Of a DNA stretch of 64,000 bases, positions 58,273-64,000 are shown piece by piece. The notes beneath the pieces were generated by a model. The model had not been told where the DNA came from and made no database searches. It saw nothing but the letters and a program-made list of their open reading frames with translations. How positions within the stretch are numbered: position 1 is the stretch's first letter; each line of letters begins with the position of its first letter. The position numbers and the translations under genes are program-made. Source of the DNA: an uncultured Gemmatimonadales bacterium. Lineage in GTDB: Bacteria; Gemmatimonadota; Gemmatimonadetes; Longimicrobiales; RSA9. The stretch is from NCBI GenBank assembly GCA_963783305.1, contig CAWAMW010000011.1, positions 32,001 through 96,000 on the forward strand, given 5' to 3'.

Positions 58273-59159
58273 AGCCTACGCGCTGGCTCGTGCTGAGCGT
58301 CCGAGCCCCCGCGGAAGAGCTCAGGGATGAGCTTACCGAGGGGCTCGTCGCGTTGGGCGGCGCCGCCGTGGAGGAGGAGCTGGACCTGCTCACGACGTAC
58401 GTGCCCCCCCCGGACGACCCCGACGCCTTTCTCGCCCATGCCGCGGAGACCCTGGGAGCGATCGCTGACGGGGAGCCGGAGATCCTCTGGCGCTGGCAGG
58501 AGGACGAGGACTGGAGCGTTCGCTGGAAGGAGGGCCTCGGCCCCCGCTCAGTCGGGCCCCGGATCACCGTGACCCAGCCATGGAACCCGGTGTCGGAGAA
58601 CGGCGACGAGATCGTCATCGTCATCGACCCGGCCATGGCGTTCGGAACGGGCGAGCATGCCACGACGCGAGGCGCGCTGCGGCTGATGCAAACGGAGCTG
58701 GAGGGCGGTGAGCGCGTGCTGGACGTGGGGTCCGGGAGCGGGATCCTGGCGATCGCGGCGGCGCGCCTCGGGGCCGACTGCGTGCTGGCTGTGGAGTCGG
58801 ACGAGGACGCCATGGAGACGGCCCGGGAAAACCTCGAGCGCAACGGAGTGGAGGAGCGCATCGAGTTCATCCACGCGCTGGTGGATTCCGCATATCTCGC
58901 CGCGGTGAGGGCGGATGGGTTCGACCTGGTCGTGGCGAACGTGCTCAGTGGGATCCTGGTCCCGCTCCTTCCTCCTCTGGCCGCCGTGCTGCGGCCGGGC
59001 GCGTGTCTCATCCTCGGCGGGATCCTGGATACGGAGGCGGCCGGCGTGGCGAGCGCCGCCTCGGCGGCCGGTCTCGCGTTCGTTCGGGAGGACCGGGAAG
59101 GGGAGTGGTGGACTGGGCTGTTCCGTCCGGATCCGGAGCCGGCCCCATCGCGCGGCTGA
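58269..59159 (+). CDS. prmA: 50S ribosomal protein L11 methyltransferase
   Basis: [35 protein letters not shown] and VVANV motifs; GTGA overlap with dnaJ. Confidence 0.95.
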   Translation: MKPTRWLVLSVRAPAEELRDELTEGLVALGGAAVEEELDLLTTYVPPPDDPDAFLAHAAETLGAIADGEPEILWRWQEDEDWSVRWKEGLGPRSVGPRITVTQPWNPVSENGDEIVIVIDPAMAFGTGEHATTRGALRLMQTELEGGERVLDVGSGSGILAIAAARLGADCVLAVESDEDAMETARENLERNGVEERIEFIHALVDSAYLAAVRADGFDLVVANVLSGILVPLLPPLAAVLRPGACLILGGILDTEAAGVASAASAAGLAFVREDREGEWWTGLFRPDPEPAPSRG

Positions 59160-59550
59160 CGGCGAGGCGCATGCGCTCGGCGGCGGCCAGCAGGTCCTCC
59201 TGGGGCGTGCTTGCCAGGAGCCGGGCCATGCTGTCTCGGAGGAGGATGTCCACGGAGCAGTGGCGGCGGCCGCCCGCGTGGGTGCGGAGCGCGACGCTGG
59301 GAACAGGATGGACACCGGCCGCGCGCAGGGCGACGTCGTACGCGGTGCGGTCGGTCTCGGACAGGAGCGAGAGGTCCGGGAAGGCGGTGGGGTGTACGAC
59401 CACGAACCGGTCGTCGTCCAGGAGCTGGGCGGCGAGCGCGGCCGTCGATGTATCGAGAGTGCGGGCCAGGTCCGTGAGAGGGATCGCGAGGCGCGATGTC
59501 GAGCTCAGGATCTCCACCGCCCGGTCGGCGGGAGTGGGGTGGGCGGGCAT
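59008..59550 (-). CDS. Hypothetical protein convergent with prmA and overlapping its 3' end
   Basis: From ATG 59550 it reads MPAHPTPADRAVEILSSTSRLAIPLTDLARTL..., with GGAGG upstream on the minus strand. Composition is protein-like and it fills the gap between prmA and yqeY. Confidence 0.6.
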   Translation of the reverse strand: MPAHPTPADRAVEILSSTSRLAIPLTDLARTLDTSTAALAAQLLDDDRFVVVHPTAFPDLSLLSETDRTAYDVALRAAGVHPVPSVALRTHAGGRRHCSVDILLRDSMARLLASTPQEDLLAAAERMRLAVSRAMGPAPDPDGTAQSTTPLPGPPERTRDRPPRRRSPRRPPPYPGSRRG

Positions 59551-59672
59551 GGTCACGGCTGGCCTCCGGTTCGGGGGACCTCCATCATGGGAGATCGGCG
59601 GCCTGGCTGGAATGGCGGTACGCGTCGAGGGGGAGATGGAACGGGACGGTTGATCGAGTGAAGGGGGTGGAG

Positions 59673-60110
59673 ATGGCGGGGACATTGAAGGAGCGGATCC
59701 GGTCGGACCTGAACGAGGCGCGCCGCGCCAAGGACAAGCTGCGCACCACGGTGCTGACCACGGTCCTGTCCGAGATCCGGAACAAGGAGATCGAGCAGGG
59801 GGGCGAGGCCACGGACGCGCATGTGATCGGTGTGGTGGCAAAGGCGGTGAAGCAGCGGCACGAGGCGGCGAGTCAGATGCGCGGCGCCGGCCGCGAGGAG
59901 CTGGCGGAGAAGGAGGAGCGAGAGGCCGCTCTGCTGGACGACTACACGCCGGAGTCGATGACGGAGGAGGAGGTCCGGACGCTGGTCCGCGAGGCCATCG
60001 CGGGGGGCGCCGACAACATCGGTGCGGTGATGGGGCGGCTCATGCCGAAGATCAAGGGCCGTTTCGACGGAGGGGAAGCCAACCGGATCGTGCGTGAGGA
60101 GCTCGGCTGA
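59673..60110 (+). CDS. GatB/YqeY domain protein
   Basis: LKERI..DL..A..AKD, KQRHEAA...GREELAEKE and IGAVMG.LMPKIKGRFDG motifs. Confidence 0.93.
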   Translation: MAGTLKERIRSDLNEARRAKDKLRTTVLTTVLSEIRNKEIEQGGEATDAHVIGVVAKAVKQRHEAASQMRGAGREELAEKEEREAALLDDYTPESMTEEEVRTLVREAIAGGADNIGAVMGRLMPKIKGRFDGGEANRIVREELG

Positions 60111-60123
60111 GCTCCTCGAAGCG

Positions 60124-62523
60124 ATGAATCGGCACGCGCTGCGGGTCCTCGAGTTTCCTGCCGCCCTGGACGTGGTGGCCCGCCGGGCGACGAGCGAGCT
60201 GGGCAAGGCGGCCGTGCGCGCGCTGGAGCCCCGGTCTGACCGCGGCTGGCTGATACGGGAGCTGGCGCGGGTGGATGCCACCATGTCGCTGGTCGAGCGA
60301 ACGGACGGGTGGGCGATCCCGGCCATGCCGGAGCTGCGGCTGGAGCTCAAGCGACTGTCGAAGCCCGGCTCCTTCTGGGACGAGCGCACCCTGCTCGATG
60401 GGGCACGGCTGCTGCGCTCGAGCGCGGCCACCCACGAAGCTCTCGATCCACACATGGAGGAGCTGCCGGCGCTGCGTCCCATGACGGACCGACTGGTGCG
60501 GCTGGACGATCGGGCGGAGGCCATCGAGCAGGCGATCGACGAAGGCGGTGAGGTACGGGACTCGGCCAGTCCCGAGCTGCGCCGGATTCGACGGGAGCTC
60601 CGGGCGCAGCGGAGCACGATCGTCGAGCGCCTCGAGCGGTTCATGGCGTCCCTCCCCGACGGCCATCGCGTGGAGGACGCTTCGGTGAGCGTACGCGACG
60701 GCCGGTACGTGGTGCCCGTCCGCCGGGAGGGTCGGAAGCAGGTGGGCGGGATCGTCCACGACGAGTCCGCCACCGGCGCCACACTGTTCGTAGAACCGCC
60801 CCTCGCCCTCGACCTGATGAACCGCGTTCGGGAGCTGGAGATCGCGGAGACCCGCGAGGTGCGCCGGATCCTCGAAGAGCTGACCGGATCACTCCGGCCG
60901 CATGCGGAAGCGATGGCCGACGCGCTGGACGCCCTCGTCGCCCTCGACTCCCTTTACGCCCGCGCGCGCTACGCCCTGGAGCACAACGCCGTCTGCCCTG
61001 CGCTCTCTGAGGACGACCGCGACTACGAGGTGGTCGCCGGCCGGCACCCGGTGCTCCTGGAGAGCGACCGTGCGGTGGTCCCTTTCGACCTCCACCTCGA
61101 GCCCGGAGAGCGGACGCTCGTCGTGTCCGGCCCGAACACCGGGGGAAAGACCGTGCTCCTCAAGGGGATCGGGCTGATCAGCCTCATGACGCAGGCGGGG
61201 ATCGTCCCCCCCGTCGCCCGCGGGAGTCGGCTGCCGGTGTTCGACGACGTCTTCGCCGACATCGGAGACGAGCAATCCATTGAGGCCAGCCTCTCCACCT
61301 TTTCCGCCCACCTGGGGAACCTGAAGGAGATCGTGGCGGACGCCGGGGGCCGCGCGCTGGTCCTCATCGACGAGATCGGGAGCGGAACGGACCCGGCGGA
61401 GGGCGCCGCACTGGCCCGTTCGATCCTGGTGGAGCTCACGGGGCGCGACACCCTCACCGTCGCTTCGTCGCACCTGGGGCAGCTCAAGCTGCTGGCGGGC
61501 GACGTAGGCGGTGTGGTGAACGCGTCCCTCCAGTTCGACGCGCAGGAGCTCCGGCCCACATATCGCCTGCTGAAGGGGGTTCCCGGGCGCAGCTATGGCC
61601 TGGCCATCGCGCGGCGGCTCGGGTTCCGCGATTCGGTGATCGATCGGGCCGAAGACTACCTCCCGAAGGGGGAGCGCGACGTGAGCCAGCTGATCGCGGA
61701 GCTCGAGTCCAAGGAGCGCGAGCTCTCCGAATCGGTGAATGATGTGGCGCGCGAGCGCGCTGCCGCAGCGGAAGCGCGTGGCGACGCGGACGCGCTCCGA
61801 GCCGAGCTGGAGTCGCGGCAGCGCGAGGTCCGGCGGAGGGAGCAGGACGCGGAGCGGCGGTCGCGTCAGCAGGCGCGTGACCTCCTGCTGAACGCACGGC
61901 AGGAGGTGGAGCAGGCGATCGCCGACCTCCGGGCGGTGGTCGAGCGAGGTGGAGACGCGGCGGCGTTCGAGGAGGCCGCGAAGGAGGCCCGCCGGCGGGT
62001 GGAGCAGGCGGCGACCCGCCAGGCGGAGCGGGCGCCGGACGCTCCGGAGGCCGATCGGCCTCCGCCGGCGCTCGAGCCGGGCGCGTCCGTCCGGGTGGCG
62101 GCCACGGGTGCCCGTGGGACCGTCGTGGAGGTCCGGGACGACCGGGCCACAGTGGAGATCAAGGGGCTGCGCCTGGACATGAAGGCCGCGGATCTGGAGC
62201 CCACGGCGGAGCCGGAGAAGCAGGAGAAGGATCCGCGCACGGGCCGCTCCGTGGGAGGCTGGAGGGGGCCGGCCGTGCGGGCGTCCACGGAAGTCCACTT
62301 GCGGGGGCTCCGGGCCGAGGAGGTGGCCACGACCCTGCACCCGGCGCTGGACGCTGCGATTCAGGCTGGGCTCCCGAGCCTCACGATCGTGCACGGGAAG
62401 GGCGCGGGCATCCTCCGTGACGTCGTGGCCGAGCTGCTGGACCGTGACCCGCGCGTCCACAGCTATCGACCGGGTGAGATCGGGGAGGGCGGGTCGGGTG
62501 TGACCGTAGTGGAGCTCGAATGA
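60124..62523 (+). CDS. mutS2: Endonuclease MutS2
   Basis: LRVLEF, DSASPEL, GIVHDESATGATLFVEP, SGPNTGGKT, DIGDEQSIEASLSTFSAH and DEIGSGTDP motifs; C-terminal Smr domain (VHGKG). Confidence 0.97.
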   Translation: MNRHALRVLEFPAALDVVARRATSELGKAAVRALEPRSDRGWLIRELARVDATMSLVERTDGWAIPAMPELRLELKRLSKPGSFWDERTLLDGARLLRSSAATHEALDPHMEELPALRPMTDRLVRLDDRAEAIEQAIDEGGEVRDSASPELRRIRRELRAQRSTIVERLERFMASLPDGHRVEDASVSVRDGRYVVPVRREGRKQVGGIVHDESATGATLFVEPPLALDLMNRVRELEIAETREVRRILEELTGSLRPHAEAMADALDALVALDSLYARARYALEHNAVCPALSEDDRDYEVVAGRHPVLLESDRAVVPFDLHLEPGERTLVVSGPNTGGKTVLLKGIGLISLMTQAGIVPPVARGSRLPVFDDVFADIGDEQSIEASLSTFSAHLGNLKEIVADAGGRALVLIDEIGSGTDPAEGAALARSILVELTGRDTLTVASSHLGQLKLLAGDVGGVVNASLQFDAQELRPTYRLLKGVPGRSYGLAIARRLGFRDSVIDRAEDYLPKGERDVSQLIAELESKERELSESVNDVARERAAAAEARGDADALRAELESRQREVRRREQDAERRSRQQARDLLLNARQEVEQAIADLRAVVERGGDAAAFEEAAKEARRRVEQAATRQAERAPDAPEADRPPPALEPGASVRVAATGARGTVVEVRDDRATVEIKGLRLDMKAADLEPTAEPEKQEKDPRTGRSVGGWRGPAVRASTEVHLRGLRAEEVATTLHPALDAAIQAGLPSLTIVHGKGAGILRDVVAELLDRDPRVHSYRPGEIGEGGSGVTVVELE

Positions 62524-64000
62524 TCCCGGACCGCGTAGTCGAGGAGGTCCGTGACCGGGCCGACATCGTCGAGGTGATCGGGGAGCACATCTCGCTCAAG
62601 CGGTCCGGGAAGGAATTCAAGGCGCTCTGCCCGTTCCACAACGAGAAAACGCCTTCGTTCTACGTGGTCCCCGGCAAGGGATTCTACAAGTGCTTCGGCT
62701 GCGGCGAGTCCGGGGACGTCTTCAGCTTCCTGATGACCCAGGCGGGGCTCTCCTTCAACGAGGCGGTGGAGAAGCTCGCAAGCCGTTTCGGAGTGGAGAT
62801 CCCGCGCGAGGAGGCCCGGCCGGAGGATGACGCCCTGAAGCCGTTCCGGGAGGCGGTGGCCTTCGCGGCGGACTTCTACGAGCGCATGCTGCGCGACGAG
62901 GAAATCGGGCGGGGCGCGCGCCGCTACCTCGAGGAGCGCGGCATCACCATGGAGGCCGCCGACCGGTTTCGGCTCGGCTACGCGCCGGACGAGTGGCGGT
63001 CGCTCCGCGAGGCGGCGCACCCCCACGGCTTCGACGACGCAGTGCTGGAGACCGCAGGGCTCATCAAGCGGAGCGAGAAGATGCCGGAGCCGTACGACCG
63101 GCTCCGCGACCGGCTGGTATTCCCCATTACCGACGTGCGCGGTCGCGTCATCGGCTTCGGCGGCCGGCTCATGTCCGGCGACGCGGTTGGACCCAAATAC
63201 CTCAATTCGCCCGAGACCCCCCTGTACCACAAGGGGAGCGAGCTGTACGGGCTCCACTGGGCGAAGGGAGCGATCCGCCGGGAAGAATCCGCACTGGTCG
63301 TTGAGGGGTACATGGACTACGTTTCGCTGGCTGCACGGGGCGTGGAGAACGTGGTGGCGGCGTTGGGTACGGCCATGACGGAGGAGCAGGCGCGGCTGGT
63401 CACCCGCTACGCGGGCCAGATCCTGCTCCTCTACGACAGCGACGCGGCCGGGCTGCGGGCCACGTTCCGGAGCGGGGACGAGATCCTGCGCGCCGGCGGG
63501 CACCCGATGGTGGTGACGCTGCCGCCGGGAGAGGACCCGGACTCGGTGGCGCGGAAGGGCGGTCGTGAGGCGCTCACGCCCTTCCTCGACGACGCCGTGG
63601 ACGTGCTGGAGCGAAAGCTCCAGATCCTCGAGGAGCGCGACTACTTCGAGGACGTGGAAGGGGTCCGCAAGGCGCTCGATGGCCTGCTGCCCACGCTGCG
63701 CGCGGCGAAGGACGCCACGCTCCACGACATTTACGTGGACCGCGTGGCGAAGCGGACGGGGGTGCGGGTGGAGACGCTGGAGGCGGAGATCAGGGCGGCA
63801 ACGCCCTCGCCGCAGAGGGCGGTCTCGCAGAGAGTGGAGCCGAAGGCGGCGCCGGCGCCCAGGGACAGCGCGGAGCGGCTCCTGCTGCTCCTGCTGGTCC
63901 GGGATCCGCGGCGGCTCCAGCAGATTACGGAGCTCGTGCGGCCCGAGGACCTGCGGGGCGGGACCAACCGGGCGCTGTTCGCCGCACTGGTGGCGCACGT
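62520..64000 (+). CDS. dnaG: DNA primase (partial, runs off the window)
   Basis: Read by hand from ATG 62520: MIPDRVVEEVRDRADIVEVI...LCPFHNEKTPSF...YKCFGCG, FGGR, KYLNSPET, VEGYMD, YDSDAAG, EDPD. Missing from the ORF track because there is no stop in the window. Confidence 0.98.
   Translation, partial: MIPDRVVEEVRDRADIVEVIGEHISLKRSGKEFKALCPFHNEKTPSFYVVPGKGFYKCFGCGESGDVFSFLMTQAGLSFNEAVEKLASRFGVEIPREEARPEDDALKPFREAVAFAADFYERMLRDEEIGRGARRYLEERGITMEAADRFRLGYAPDEWRSLREAAHPHGFDDAVLETAGLIKRSEKMPEPYDRLRDRLVFPITDVRGRVIGFGGRLMSGDAVGPKYLNSPETPLYHKGSELYGLHWAKGAIRREESALVVEGYMDYVSLAARGVENVVAALGTAMTEEQARLVTRYAGQILLLYDSDAAGLRATFRSGDEILRAGGHPMVVTLPPGEDPDSVARKGGREALTPFLDDAVDVLERKLQILEERDYFEDVEGVRKALDGLLPTLRAAKDATLHDIYVDRVAKRTGVRVETLEAEIRAATPSPQRAVSQRVEPKAAPAPRDSAERLLLLLLVRDPRRLQQITELVRPEDLRGGTNRALFAALVAH

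Overview
A very GC-rich window of bacterial core genome with almost all genes on the + strand. Gene content and order suggest a diderm, most likely Gemmatimonadota (inference, not checked). In order it holds the 3' end of a YitJ-like gene, a cupin (-), uvrB, tsaE-tsaB-rimI, a LysM/TsaP-like protein, an epimerase plus tolQ-tolR-tolA-tolB-pal-cpoB, nrdR-tatC-lptD-hutH-hutI, a TPR protein-polyprenyl synthase-DUF4321-tatA block and ppiD (-). It continues with TPR-aroQ-accB-accC-comB-like-ftsK-lolA-rimO-SpoIID-OMP-Gfo/Idh/MocA-lnt, rpmE-prfA-prmC-YlbF-like-CDP-alcohol phosphotransferase-ino1-tmk-S41 protease-TauE-EamA-asparaginase II-CMD-obgE-dprA-hemW, hrcA-dnaJ-prmA, an antisense orphan ORF, yqeY-mutS2 and a partial dnaG. 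I recognised no rRNA, tRNA, CRISPR array, transposase or phage gene. The unusual content is non-coding. (1) A family of strand-specific mini-hairpin repeats (GC-GA-stem-GNA/GNNA loop-stem-GA-GC) forms a 7x tandem array before uvrB, an inverted 8+13 unit array inside tol-pal and a relic before tmk. (2) A 242-bp TIR-bounded MITE-like element sits exactly in frame in the TolB signal peptide, with a decayed relative at 181-304. (3) A 61-bp tandem array of GTGG-N8-CCAC palindromes lies at 985-1250. All protein calls come from motif recognition by eye; no database search was run.
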